From Moniliella sp. 'wahieum' (lineage: Eukaryota), in the NCBI GenBank assembly GCA_003971905.1, contig RSEE01000120.1:124001-188000 (forward strand): DNA of 64,000 nt, written 5' to 3'. The position numbers and the translations under genes are program-made. The notes below the pieces were generated by a model. It searched no databases and was not told where the DNA came from. It worked only from the letters and a program-made list of their open reading frames with translations. This document shows, in pieces, positions 50,665 through 63,420 of this stretch. The stretch's first letter is position 1. Each line of letters begins with the position of its first letter.

Positions 50665-51350
50665 GGCGAGCAGCAGAGCGCAGGAGGAGCGGAGCGGAGG
50701 GGCGGCGCGAGAGAGAGAGAAGGGCGGCGGGGAGATATGCAATGCGATAGATAGCCTGCGTTGGGCCAGCCGATTGCCAGCCAGCCCGCACGGGGCAACC
50801 CAATCGAACCCATCTTCACCCCACCCCACCCCGCTGAGGCTGAGGGCCAGCACCAGCCAGCCGACAGCGGCGTGGTGCTGCGTCTCGGCTGCACCCTTAC
50901 CACCGCGAGCCCCAGGCACGAGCCCCCGCACGGCACGCGCTGTGCGCGCGCTGCACCGGCCCGGGCGGCGCCGGCGGAGCGTCTCGGACCCAACCAGTGC
51001 TCCCGCCGCCCCGCACAGCGCCTGTGCGCCTACCCTCCTGCGTTTCACTGCGGGGTTCACTAGCTTCACTCCCCGCTCCAGCGCAGAGTCAGCGCTCACC
51101 TCAAGCTCATGCTTCACGCTCTGGGCACGAGGCGCTGGGGGGGCCGTGCACATGTTTCACTTGCGTGCGTATTCCCGCAGGCTCTCCAAGCTTCAGGCTT
51201 CAGGCTGCATGCTGGGGATTCGACTGAGACTGAGTGCTGCGTAATGCGCACATGTACTGGTGCATGATGCTGATAGCATGTTGATCCGATGGATCCTTGC
51301 CTGATGGGCCACACCAATCGCCGAATGCCAAGCGTTAACGAACCCCTTTC

Positions 51351-51599
51351 TGTTAGAGGGTGCTGCTAGGGTTCTCCTGCGCGGCCTCAATGGATCGGTG
51401 ACGCTCGCCTAGCCGAGCGGAAGCGTTCCGCTCGCGGGCCGCGCACGCCCTGCTCGCTCCATCTCCCTTCTCTCTCTCCTTTCCTTCCCTTCAGACGTTG
51501 CTTGAAGCTTGTGACTCACCACTTGCCTTCACGCCTTGTCTGAAGGCTGCTTGCAGCTGATCCATAGGATCGCGAGTGCTCCCAAGTCGCACTCTAGCA
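51351..51599 (-). mobile_element. Solo LTR, family A, with perfect 5-bp TSD
   Basis: TGTTAGAG...CTCTAGCA termini (imperfect inverted repeat), flanked by CTTTC on both sides. Homologous to 63474-63816 in the opposite orientation. Confidence 0.92.
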
Positions 51600-53019
51600 C
51601 TTTCGACCGTTGGCCAAACCTACACGTTCGAAACGATCGACGGCCAAAAGTGGGCAAAGGAATGTTCTTGTAACCATGTACCCCCCGCGCCGCCGCCGCC
51701 CCAATCGCCATATGCCATCATTGCATCATTGAGTGAGTGCACGGGCCTGTTGGGGCCCCATACTGGCTCAGTACTACCTCGGCGCGCTGAGCGCCCTAGT
51801 AAAACTAGTAACTCGGCTCGCGTCCCGACGGCGCGGCGGCGTAGCGGCGGCCATACGGATGCGAATCAATACGACAAGCGACCAACCGTCGGGAGCTCGC
51901 CTGCCTCTGCCTCTTGTTTCGAAGTACGAATTTTCAGCACGCAGCTGGGCTGGCCTTATAGCTATGGTTTGGACGCCACGGCACCATGTATCGCCCCCAA
52001 CGCGTATACTGGAGCCCCACCCGTTGACCGATTGCCCTCTCAGCCTGCCCGTTTTCCGTTGGCATCTACCACTGCCGTCGGGCTGTTCCGCTCCATCAAC
52101 TGCATCAACCACAGCAGCTTTCCGCCAGGCTTCAAGCCTTGGTAGTAGCCCCGATTGGCAATTGGAACTGTCCCGATACCAGCGGATCCATGTACTAGTG
52201 AGTGAGCGTCATGTTTACCTCATCATGTGTCAGCCTTGAGTTATTGTCCACCCCCTATCGCCACTCGGATCCGTCCGACCAACGCTGAGAGCGGGAGAAG
52301 ACTCGCCTCAGATCCAGCTGCTCCAACCGTGTGGCGTCACCTCCTGGCTCTCGATTCGGGTCTCTCTATAATGAGGCAGTGACAACCGTTTCGACCTTCC
52401 CCGTGGAAGCGCACACCCAAGCCTGAATTGCTGTCGATGCGAGGTCCTCTGGTAACGGGTGGTTTGCTTTTTGTGCTGCTATGGTGGAGGCGGCGTGGAA
52501 GACAGGGCGAGTGGGGCAAAGGATGACCCTGGAGAGCCAGACGCTTCCGCGAGCCAGTCGGGGGTGCCCAGACGCAGGGGACAGCCTGATGTGATCACAG
52601 AGTCAAACGTATACCCAGGGCTAGAATGGGCGGCTGCGCTGCACAGCCCCTTGGGAGCCCAACGGATGTCGGCGATGTCCACCTGGAATGGAGCGGCACG
52701 TGGGTGAGGCATATGATTCCCATCCCTCTCCCCCTGTGCTCGTCCATTGTGATGAAGGTCACATATGCGCATCGCCGAGGCTATCTACATTATCATCGAC
52801 AGACCGTCGTTGAACACAAGGTCATGTATACTGTCACGGAGTAAGGATTAAGTCGCCTTGAACATAGCCACCTCCAGTCCCTTATCGTCGCTCTCGCTTC
52901 TCTCGGCTTCATCTCTCCCTATCTCTACTCAAGTTCTCTACCTTTCGCTATCGTGACTCCGATGCTCGGCCTACCTACAACTACCGCAATTGCCTCTTCT
53001 CCACTCGCTTTCGTGTAAA

Positions 53020-53860
53020 AATTCAAAACACTACACATGGTTCCGACTCGGTTTCGCGCCTCGTTTCTCGTCTCGGCCCCCCCCCTTCCCCTTGACCCTC
53101 GCCTCGTCTCTCACATCGTGCCTCTCGCGCTTGGTCCTCACTTCTTCCCGAGACTCGTTTCCTCTTTTCGCTGTAGACCTCTGTTTAATTGGTCTTTCCT
53201 TTGCTCCCCTTCTATTCTGCATCCTTATCATTGACAGGGCTTAAGGCTGGGACAGGGGAAACGCTACGTCTAGACCGAACCGTTCATCTTGCGTGGTTTT
53301 ACTTGGTTGTGCCACCAATATTAAGGAACCAGGGGATCGCCAGGATATCAGGACCCTCTCTGGTGCTCGCCATCCGGTCCCGTACCCAAGGTAGCGCGGG
53401 TGGATACGGATGACCGTGGTAGACATCCGAGCGAGGAACCATTTCCATTGAGACTCAGTAGCTAAACTTCTATTCTATAAAAAACCTGCCTGTTCTTTTA
53501 GATCCAATCGTGATGGCCCAATAAGCCGCCTACCATTCTTTTCCCCTCACCTCTCTCCCAGGAAAACTCCGCTGCAGAAGAACCACCTTTCCGATCTGCC
53601 TGCTTGCTCCCTCGCCCATCGGAGCTTCCCGCTTCCTCGTCCCGCCCCTCAGTATAACGTACAACCTCCTTGCAGACGTTGCCTAACTCTGCCTGACGAA
53701 AAGCAAAGCACTAGCACACACAGTGTGGCCCTCTTACGTTCAGGCAAGTGTTCCTTTGATTTTGGATCTAAAACGCGTTCAGTCCTCTGTGAGTCTTCTT
53801 GTTTCCGATGGACAGGGAAACGTCTCCGCCTGGGAAGCCTGCAACCCCGTTACATATACG
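53020..53860 (+). repeat. Dispersed repeat family C, copy 1 (contains a 248-bp insertion)
   Basis: Colinear similarity to 59070-59640 (CTGTAGACCT, AAACCTGCCTGTTCTT..AGATCCAAT, ATCGGAGCT, GCGTTCAGTC, GATGG.CAGGGAAA). Confidence 0.75.
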
Positions 53861-54334
53861 AAGAAGCTAACACAGCGGCTTCTCTATGCAAACGCCGGCC
53901 ACCGCAACCCCACCCCCCACGAATATCTCGACCGAGCCACTGGTGTAGCAAGACAGAAAGTGTACATACACGGTCATACTAGTATTCGATGTTGCCGGGA
54001 CCCGTATAAGGCTTGGATCGTTTGGAGAGGCCCCCCGTCTCGAAAGCATAGATTGATCCACCAAGAGCCCGACATAATCATCAAGAACCGGCTATCGAGA
54101 GCTGGTGAACGAGAGAGGGAAAAACAGAAGCGGGGATAACGGCGGAGAGGGCAACAGTACAAACAAAAGCAATGGACGAGCGGTTGAATGTGAATTATAT
54201 TGAGCGACACATCGGCGCGTGGCTCGTCTCTATATGGTCAAATGCCCCTGCAAGCAATAAATGTACCTATAACGCTAGCCTGAACAAGCCCTGATCGACA
54301 CCCCCCTACAAAAGATTTGAGGACGATTCCCATA

Positions 54335-54418
54335 GCCTCTTTGGCTCAGTGGTAAAGCATCTCACTAGTAGCTTGTGCTGGCATGAGAAGATCGGTCGTT
54401 CGATTCGGCCAAGAGGCA
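54335..54418 (+). tRNA. tRNA-Thr(AGT) with 12-nt canonical intron
   Basis: Acceptor GCCTCTT/AAGAGGC-A, D-arm GCTCAGTGGTAAAGC, anticodon stem TCTCA/TGAGA with CT-AGT-A, intron 54371-54382, T-arm GGTCG-TTCGATT-CGGCC, downstream TTTTT. Confidence 0.96.
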
Positions 54419-57022
54419 TCTCTTTTTGGCATCCCCCGTCGTTCCAAAGCCCCTTTGCACCTGTCTCATGTAATACCGTAGCACTGACACCAGGTTGCTC
54501 AGTGCCTCCCAACAGAGCACACTAGAAACACACGATTCTCGCAACGGGCACATGTGGTCCTATTGAGTCGCCGCTTTCAGAGAGCATATGCTCCTCATCC
54601 CCCCCCTCACACAGACTGTAATTCTGACACCCACAACGGGCATGCGAGAACCATAACTGCTACCAAAAAACACTGCCGATCAGATAGATGTTGGTGAGAA
54701 GAGTGTTGAGCAATAGATTATATCGGGTCATGGCTCGTGCTTTTGCCCAAGCGTCCCTTCAGTTCCTCCTCAGGCCTACTAGGAGTTCCTGTTTCTCTCT
54801 GCTGTTTTTTTCTTTGTTCTGCAGCTGCACCCCTGGTGGCGACTGGCTTTCCTCGATCGGTAGGCGTTTTGCCAGTGGTTGGCAGTTCAATAGACTATGC
54901 ACCCCACTACCCGTGCGATCGCATCACCCTCCAGGGCCATCAGGATTCCCCACTGAAGTGTCTCATCAGAGTTACAACTCTTTTCGCTCATGCAGTGAGC
55001 AACGGGTCCACCCCACACTTCCCACATTCCCATCTCCTCGCATTTTTACCCATACCCACCCACACTCCCCTCGCCGTATTTCATCAACAATGAGCGACAC
55101 ATCACCCCGCACCCCTCACCTTTCGAACGTAAGTTCCCGGAGGGACTGGGCCCACGAATATCTTCCGTTTCCCTTTCCTACAGAAGGAATCCCCTTCGAA
55201 CGTGCTGCAGGCGGCTGGCTAACCCCAGCCACGAACAACTGGGCCAATTACAAACCCTTAGGCATGTTCTTAAGGACCACACGCCTCTGCCAGTGGCCAC
55301 AATTCGCGCACCTCTGCTTTGCAAGGCAATCTCACCATATCTCAAGCCGGCTCTCATCTTTCGTGCAAAAGAATGTGGCAATGTGATAAATAATCATCCT
55401 AAGCGGATTTCCAGCGACCGTCCCCTCTTCAACACGAACGTCTGAACCGGAGGATCCTGTCCGACCTCCATGAAAGGTCGTTGTACATTTTTACCTGCCT
55501 TGGCAACCCTCCCTGTTGTCACTGGTTCATCTTCTTCTCCTCCAATTGACTCCAAGGTTATTTCTATGCTGACAAGGCTCAGCTCAATCCTACTGTTATG
55601 ATTCGGGTTCGCGCACGTGCGCCTTCACGGATAAGAACGGATTTACTTCACTCCATCTTAATCTTGCATCTTTTCTATAGTCCTTGCCGATGGACTGTGG
55701 TCATGCAATCCGAAGTCAATGGCACTCCCGACGAAGTCGGAGGTTGAGGAGAGAGCTAAGTGGAGAGGAGGCTGCCTGTACTGAATCGATTCACTTCAAG
55801 ACAGAAAGGAGTCGGACATGAAAGGCGGGAAGGGACGATTAGAAGGCGAGGGACAATGATCCCCAACCCAACCAGGGGTACTGGCTTGATCAAAAGGAAA
55901 ACAGATACAATTGAAGTGTAGAAAGGAAGCCACATCGAAAGTTGGGTTGGGTGCCGCAGACGTAGTAACACAGTAAAAGGAAAAGTAAGTGGTGTCGGGG
56001 CGGCAGTCGTCGCAAAGATGCCGGAAACTTGGTAGCCCTTTTAAAGGTGGGAGGTGACTATCCTTGTCGCGCGGATGCATGGCCATTCGGGCCATCGTAC
56101 ATGGTTCAACCAACGAGAATCTCACTTCGTTCATTTTCAGAGAGCGCTCGTACTGGGCATATGCAGGCAATACAGGCCTAGCTTTATTGGATGAAACCAT
56201 TTCTTTCTGTATCTGCTACGCAACAGAAATGGATTTTGTCATCATGGATTGAACACATGGCAAAACTAAATACTGGGTTGAACCCCGGAATGTTCGTGCT
56301 TGACTTGTTGGGGGTTTCGACTGGAATCACCAATGAACACCCATGACACCTGCTGAGTTTACTCTTGATAGACAGTTCCAACGCCTGTGAGACCATCACT
56401 ACCTTCATGTTTGGAATCCCAGCATTACGATAATCCTAATCGTAGGCAACTTTCTTGAGGGTTGGACAGCCTTGTTGCACATGTATTCCGGATGGATTCA
56501 ACGAAAATATTTGGGCTGTTGAAAGGTATTGTGATTTGATGGGTTCATTTTCAATGAGTAGGGTACTACTCTCGCAGATGAATTCGTGTAAATTCTGCAC
56601 AATGGTTGGGTTCGGCACCTGTCCATGTTTGCATACTATTGATCCGCGACATACGAATCCCCCTAATGCGAGCCCTGCACCAACAATGGTAAGTGACCGC
56701 ATAATTTGATCATCTCGGGGGTGTCGACACCATGAAAATGAAGCAGAGCATTGGTTACGAGAATGATGCAAGCGTTGAAGCTTGATTAGTTTGGAGGGGG
56801 ACCATATTGATTGCATTATTCTCAACTACGTCGCAATCGTACAACACGCTTAATCAGAACCCTAAATACCAATCAAAATGCTCAGGTTATTTGTACACAT
56901 TCCGACACGAAATGCAATTAAATCGCCACAAAGTTCACAAATTCATTAAGAATATTTAGCGTACTTGTATCGGACATGATACGCTTGGGCTTGAGATAAT
57001 TTAGAATTCACTGAAGCCACGC

Positions 57023-57257
57023 TGTGAGAGTGGGACTTGGGAACACTCGCGTTCCTATATCTGCTGCAAATGAACCTTCAGACAACGTGCGAACACAGAG
57101 TTCGTCAGCCACAAGTCCTCAAGCAACGTATAAAGGGACGAAGTTAAGAGAGACAGGAACGAGCTGCCGCAAGCAGGGTGTGCGCGATCTGCGAGCGAAA
57201 CTCTTCCACCCGGCAAACCGAGCATCACTGATCGAACCCAAGCACTATCCTCTAGCA
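57023..57257 (+). mobile_element. Diverged solo LTR, family A
   Basis: TGTGAGAGTGGGACTTGGGAACACTCGCG...CCTCTAGCA, homologous to 63474. Flanks CACGC/CCCGC form a TSD with one mismatch. Confidence 0.82.
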
Positions 57258-59069
57258 CCCGCCAAGACCCTCATGCGGCGGGCCTCCCAATACTCTAGTT
57301 AACGAATTGATTTTTCTTTTTTGTTGGCTTTGGAAGTCACACGGGTAGAAGGATGAGGAGAAGGTCATGGATTAGAAAGCCGATGAACCGAGGCGAACAT
57401 GGTCTACCCACTGGGAGCCGGAGGATCACAGTCCACACCCCCACTGCCCAGGGAATCCGCAGGCATCGGGTTGTGGGATGAACTTCTGCCAGTGCATGCA
57501 GAGAGGGGAGGATTTGAGTGGCAGCCAGCACAATTACCCGGAGTTGTGAATGGCCATACTACTGGCCTACCTTTTTTTCCTGTATTGGCTGACGCACACG
57601 GCCCCTCTCTTGAGCAAATCGTTGCTCGCATTTTCTGAATACGGGGTATCGCACGTGGGTGCTATACAGAAAATGTGATCATTGCCCCGCCCTAATACTT
57701 AGTTTGCTGTCCAAAAAAATATACAGAATCGGACAGAGGAATTCGTGATTCTGTATGCTTGCAAGTTGCGCAATACTGCCGGACACATCGATGTAAAACT
57801 GGAGGTGTCTCGATACTGAAGGGCGATGAGAATAATAGCAGTATTATTCTCCTCAAAGGAAGTTGCAACGGCTTATCAAGAACTACAAGTTTTTTGACTA
57901 CCCAGAGTCCCATACGATTGGCCTGGCGGTGAAACAGTATCAAATTTTTGCATTCTCGGCCGCTCTGACATCGAATATATGTTGCTACCTGCCCTGTTTC
58001 AATTTCGGAGTAAGGTGGGACGTATTAACACGAACCAACAGGATTTATTTCACGGTGCCAGTTTGTTGGGATCATCTCTTCTAGTAATATGACAGATGCC
58101 CATGTTGATGTACACGGTAAAGTATGCTCTTGCCCCCTTTGAGGTAGGCCGAAAGGACGATAAGTGGTCGTATTATTAGTGTGGAGAGCCTGTCAAAGAA
58201 GTGCTTTGAATACAGCAGAACCGCGGCCAACATACGAATCGTAACCTCCATACTTGATATCCGGCCTGTCAGGCAGTTTCGAATGCCAAAAGTGGTGGAC
58301 TCTCGCACTCTGCCGTTTGATCGCCTGTCTTCCAAGAAATGAATTTTGCGCCTGGCCGCCTGCAAAAACACACGGCGATAGGACATCTCCATGGGTTCAC
58401 CTAGGAAATGCGTATCATTTACCAGTATATGTACGCCTTCAGCCGGATGTATCACAGCTGGACAGGCCCCATTGTTTGCTTGTCTTGCCTGGTTGCATGT
58501 CAAATTGAAAACACATGTTTGATTATGAGGCCTTGCAGATCTTTCGGAAACAAGTGAGTTCACGACTGTCCTGGACGAATGAGGTCGTGGGTCCCAAGCG
58601 GCCGTAGCCGGCTGTGGCGGAGTTCCAAGAGTAGATACTATTGTGAGGATGAATTAATCCAGTGGCGCTGCAGCAGCGGCGTTCTTATCTTTTCTCTTCC
58701 TGTGAATGAGAGAGTATAGCTCTTGTGGGAGCTATGCAGTGCATGTTATGACTTTACCACATCCGTCCCCAGTTAGCTGCCGATACAGACAACTATAAAT
58801 TTCCATCGTAGCCTGGGGCTGACGCTGCACATGTGAACTGGCGCAGCACCGGAAGAGTTGGTTCTGTTTGTCGAGACTGTGGGCGAAATAGGTAAACACT
58901 AGTCTACCATTGATCCGCCTCAAAGAGAAGGAGGCAGGCGTGAACAAAGGAAGTGGTTGAACGTAAGAGGGTGAGTCACCGGCGGGCCTCGCTCCCACAA
59001 TGTCCTGAGCCCCGACCCCTGAGTCCCCTCCACGGATTCATCCAACTTCCTCCGTCTCGTGCTCGTCTA

Positions 59070-59640
59070 ACCTTCCAAAGTATACACACGGTTTCGATCC
59101 AGTCTTTCGCTTCGTTCCTCGCCTCGGTTCCGTTTTGTTCTTGGCCCTCGCCTCGTCTCTGGCCTCGTATCATTCGTTCTTAGCCCGCACTTCTCCACCC
59201 CTTCACTCGCTCCCCCTTTACACTGTAGACCTATTGGTATTTCCTCTGTTCCCCTTCTCTCCTAATGTGAAACCTGCCTGTTCTTAGATCCAATTATGAT
59301 GGCACGTTCTCCATCACTCCTTTCCCCTCACTCCTTCTTCGAGGCACTCCACTCGGCACTCCACTCGAGAAGAACTGCGCTTTCGATCGGCTCGCACGCC
59401 CTCCTGCCTATAGCCAATCGGAGCTCCCCGCTTTCACGGCCGGCCCCTGATGCGTAACATTCTTCTTGGCCGCTACCAGGATATACCTGATAAATAGAAA
59501 GGGACTACTACTTGCGAACCGCCTACGTTGACGCCTATATTATTTGGACCTTGGATCCGAAATGCGTTCAGTCTTCCGTGGGTCTTGTATCTGATGGGCA
59601 GGGAAAGTCTCCTCCCTGGGACGCTGGCAAACCCACTCAC
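59070..59640 (+). repeat. Dispersed repeat family C, copy 2
   Basis: Diverged direct repeat of 53020-53860 without the insertion. Confidence 0.75.
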
Positions 59641-60043
59641 AATCCCCTCGTCAGAACAGAGCATCTGAGCCACGGCAGCAGCCTAAGAAACATATCGGCG
59701 TCAGCATCACCACATAGGGAGCTCTCTAGTCTTGACTATTTCTTTACAATAATCCCTGTGCTGTGGCAGGCAACGGGGGATACACATAAGGTCTATAAAA
59801 ACACTGATCCTCTCGTTTCCCAATCGTCGCTACACTCCTATACATAAGACACCGTCCAGGTATTCCGTCTCCTATAGCGGCCGTGGCGGACGGGGTATCG
59901 TAACGTGTGCCAAAATGTGGTTTTCGGGAACTCGTTCCTGTGTGGTTCCAGCCCCGATTTTCCCGCGTAAAAACGAAAACGGGGCAACGCAGAGGCAGGG
60001 AGGTTGGGTACATGAGCTAACTAACCCTGGATGCCAATAAAGC

Positions 60044-62950
60044 TTAAAGAGAGACGAACACACAGAGAGACAGATGGGAAGACACCTCTGATGCCATCGC
60101 GATTGGATGGGTAGACAGAAAACAAGGCAGGGGGAAAAGGATTCCGTCGTTGATGTTGAAATCTGCCGACGGTTTCCGGCTGGAATGCCAAGGGGACAAC
60201 CAGGACGTAGTGGAAGGCGCGTTCCTGTTGGGAAAAAAACTGTCGTTCCAGACCAGAACTTTTTCCTTGGTATCTCCGTAGTCGTTCTGGGGCCCAAGTT
60301 TGCTCAAGTGATTGAGGAAGCGCGTAAAGCGGGTGTCAGTACCCTCTGTAGGATACTCCATGGCAGTGATGATGGCTGCACAAAGCGAACATCCCACAGA
60401 AGCGGCGGCAGAAAGAATGTAATTCATCCTGTCAACAACCAATCCAGAGATTTTGTTAGAGAAGAGAGTCAGCCACATTCATCCTTGGAACAATACAAAG
60501 GGAAGAGAGAGTAGTGGGCGTACGCAATCCAATAATTCAAGTGCCGACGACGGGAGAACAATAGGTGGGTGACAGCCCCCCAGAAAAACCAGGAGGTCCA
60601 GCAAACCGCTGCAAAAAATGCGAATTGCGATACACCACCAAAGAAGAGCGGCCAATGGATCGAGCGGAGGTGAGCAGCGTGATTCAACTGGGGGGACACG
60701 CGTCCGGCAAGGTACAAGAGCAGGGGCGATTGCGCCAATAAGGAAAAAGTACAGAGTCCACTGGTATTGGTGCAGGAAGCCGTTTTGGCGAAGCCCAACG
60801 CCAGTCCAATATATGGGATCGTACAAACCTAAAACCCGCGATTCGGCTTGGGAGTTGAGCTTCAGCGCATTGGAACTCCATCCCACCCAGATTCCACTTT
60901 GCAACACCGAGCAGGCCAATTGGGTTCCAACGAGTACAAAGAAGGTGATCCGTGGTGGGATCTTAAAGTAGAGTGCCAGTTTGGAGCAGCCACAGTAGAG
61001 CAACGCCTGCTGGATGCTCCCCGCGCAGCATAGCTGAAAAAGCGGAAGGATGGTCGTGTGCCCAGGCAGAGAAGCACTAGCAATCAACGTCGCCAAGTGC
61101 TCCACACACTTCAACTCTACCGACGTCCGGCCCAGCACAATGCCTACTGGAACAATAAAGATTGCAGCCAGCGCGAGGGCAAGCACAATCGCCCAAACCG
61201 GGACCGAGGTGTGGTACACGTGCACCATCGGGATGGCAAAGACAAATGCAACCAGTACCAAGCACAGTACCACCAGGTGGGAACAGCCGGGTAGCGGGCG
61301 AGTTGGCGGGCGGGGGTCAGGCGAATCAGCCACGTTGGATACTTTCCACCAGCGGCGTAGATCGCCGCCATGGAAAAGCGGGGTGTGCACGAGTAAGGCA
61401 GTGCAAGCAGCATAAGAAACGCCCAGGTCATGATGTTTGTGGCAGAAAAGTATCCCTGGGGTGGGTCGGGCGAATCAAATTGGGGGAGATCTAGATCCAT
61501 GTCTTGGGGCAATTGGTTGGTATTCATATCGTTGATATCCAGCTATGGGTACCAAACCACGTTGAGAAGGGTATAGGGAAGGCAGGCCGCCAGGTTCCGG
61601 TTGGTGAAAAAGATCGGGAGGACAATGACCCACATGGAAACGACGAAGCCACAGAATACGTTGACCAGTGCGCCCCATGGGACGATTAAGGGTGAATTCA
61701 ACGCTCGGATTACTAAAGTCCAGTCCAGGGACCAAAAGGACCAGCCCATGCCAGCCATTCCATCAAACAATAGATTGACCACAAATTGGACGGAGCAATC
61801 CACGTTGGCCATTCGAACTTTCCCGAGGTGGATAGAAGAATAGTGGGATCCAGTGCCAGATGAACATGACCGTCGCCACAATCCAGAAAATGCGGCGACG
61901 GTTCCAGTTTCCACGGCGAACCCCGTGTAAAGCCGTCAACATTGCACTGGTCTGAAGCTGCTGAGGATAAGCAGCTCACCAGGCCAAATGAGAAGACGCG
62001 TGGCGAGACCGGCCAAGGCAAATCCAAAGAATGGGGTCGAGAGATAGATAAGAAAGAGGAATCCGGGTGGGAATGTGTTCGCTTGTTTTGTGCCCCCCTC
62101 TGTTGTCAATAGAGACATTCCGGCCAAGTATTGCATGGTTAGGTTGGGGCCCATGGCAACCGTAGCGACGATGGTGCAGATCCTGCGCGAAACAATCACA
62201 CGAGTCAGACAAAGGTCTCCTTACCTGGAACCTCAACATCTCGGAAGGTGGGACGCACGTATGTTCCTTGAGGTTGAAAGGGCCCGGGTTGATGACCAAG
62301 CCAGGGCCAGTGGGATGGTTACGGTATTTTCGATAGCGCGAAACCCAAACAGTAGGCGAATGGCTGCAACCAACACCGCACTTGTAGAAACAAAGAGCTG
62401 TGGGTTGGTCCAGTCTCCTCGGATCTCCATAGCCATGAGGGCGGTGGTGAGGCCGAGGGCCAGGATCATGGAAAGCAGCCAGGTGCGGATCGTGTTGAAT
62501 GGCATATCTGGGTCGTCTTCATTAGGCACGATTGCGCGCACACGCGCATCAGCCAAGTCGGGAACCTTCTCTTCGTCTGGGTCGTTTTCATCTCCATTGT
62601 TGGCGCCTTCACCCCACTGGCCCGATCCCCGGTTTTCGTTCGTCGCGAGTCGTGTCCCAGAGGGCTCCTCATCTCGACTCAGCAGTCGGTCGTTGTAATA
62701 GAGCGCGTTTTCCAAGAGCGACTCTGTTTCGATCCCATTCTCATTGTCGTGCTCGACTGTGTTTGTGAACGAAAACGGGGTAGTGTTCTTGTACGTCGCG
62801 TGATTTGTTGATGCTATGCCTATCACTTGTGAGGGTCTGAAGAGAGTCGATGACATCCGGCATGGACAGAAGGCCCCAGTCTTTGGCATGTGGGCGGGCC
62901 CGTTCCTCATGCGCTTCGTTGGGCCCTCTGCTCGGCCGAGGAGTCGACAT
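60044..62950 (-). CDS. OPT-family oligopeptide transporter (divergent)
   Basis: VRAIVPNEDDPDMPFNTIRTW, INPGPFNLKEH, GFALAGLATRLLIWP, SLDWTLVIRALNSPLIVPW, KLALYFKIPPR, MNYILSAA. Frameshifted, with at least one intron. Confidence 0.88.
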
Positions 62951-63420
62951 GATGTCTAGTCTTTTGTTTTGCTTGTGGCGTTGGTGTTAGTGCTCGTTGT
63001 TGTTGTTGTTGTTGTTGTTGTTGTGTTGATGTTGGTGGTGTGGTGAATCAAATTAATCACAGTCATTGTGAGTTGAGCTTGCATTTATGCTATCAGAGGT
63101 CGTCGTCCCAACTCCGCTCCGACTCGCAGGTCATCAAGTGCCCCCTTCCTCGCTCTCCCTCACACATGTTCTTGTGAGTGCTCGAGCCTGGAGGCGATTA
63201 ACAGCAACGCATCCTAGCTGCGCCAAGGGAATGCAACACCTATTAGCCGCAAAGCGCGAACCCCCCCCAAAGCATATTGGTACTGTCGCTCCCTTCTCCC
63301 CTATACTACTTAGTATTATCCACGCCTCCCCACCTGTTAGCCTTATCGACTACGTAACCCGTGCCTGTTGCATCGGTTCCGACCAACGTGGATTTGAACC
63401 CCTCCTCAAAGTCAATACTG

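Noticed and set aside
50278..51244. 291-aa and 236-aa ORFs upstream of GH63
   Set aside because: They overlap the GH63 5' end and promoter in GC-rich DNA and have no recognisable domain.
537..62950. Mass pseudogenisation or programmed frameshifting suggested by broken ORFs
   Set aside because: Single-base shifts affect essential genes too (DCP2, uL14m, RAD1) while motifs remain intact, which best fits sequencing or assembly indels.
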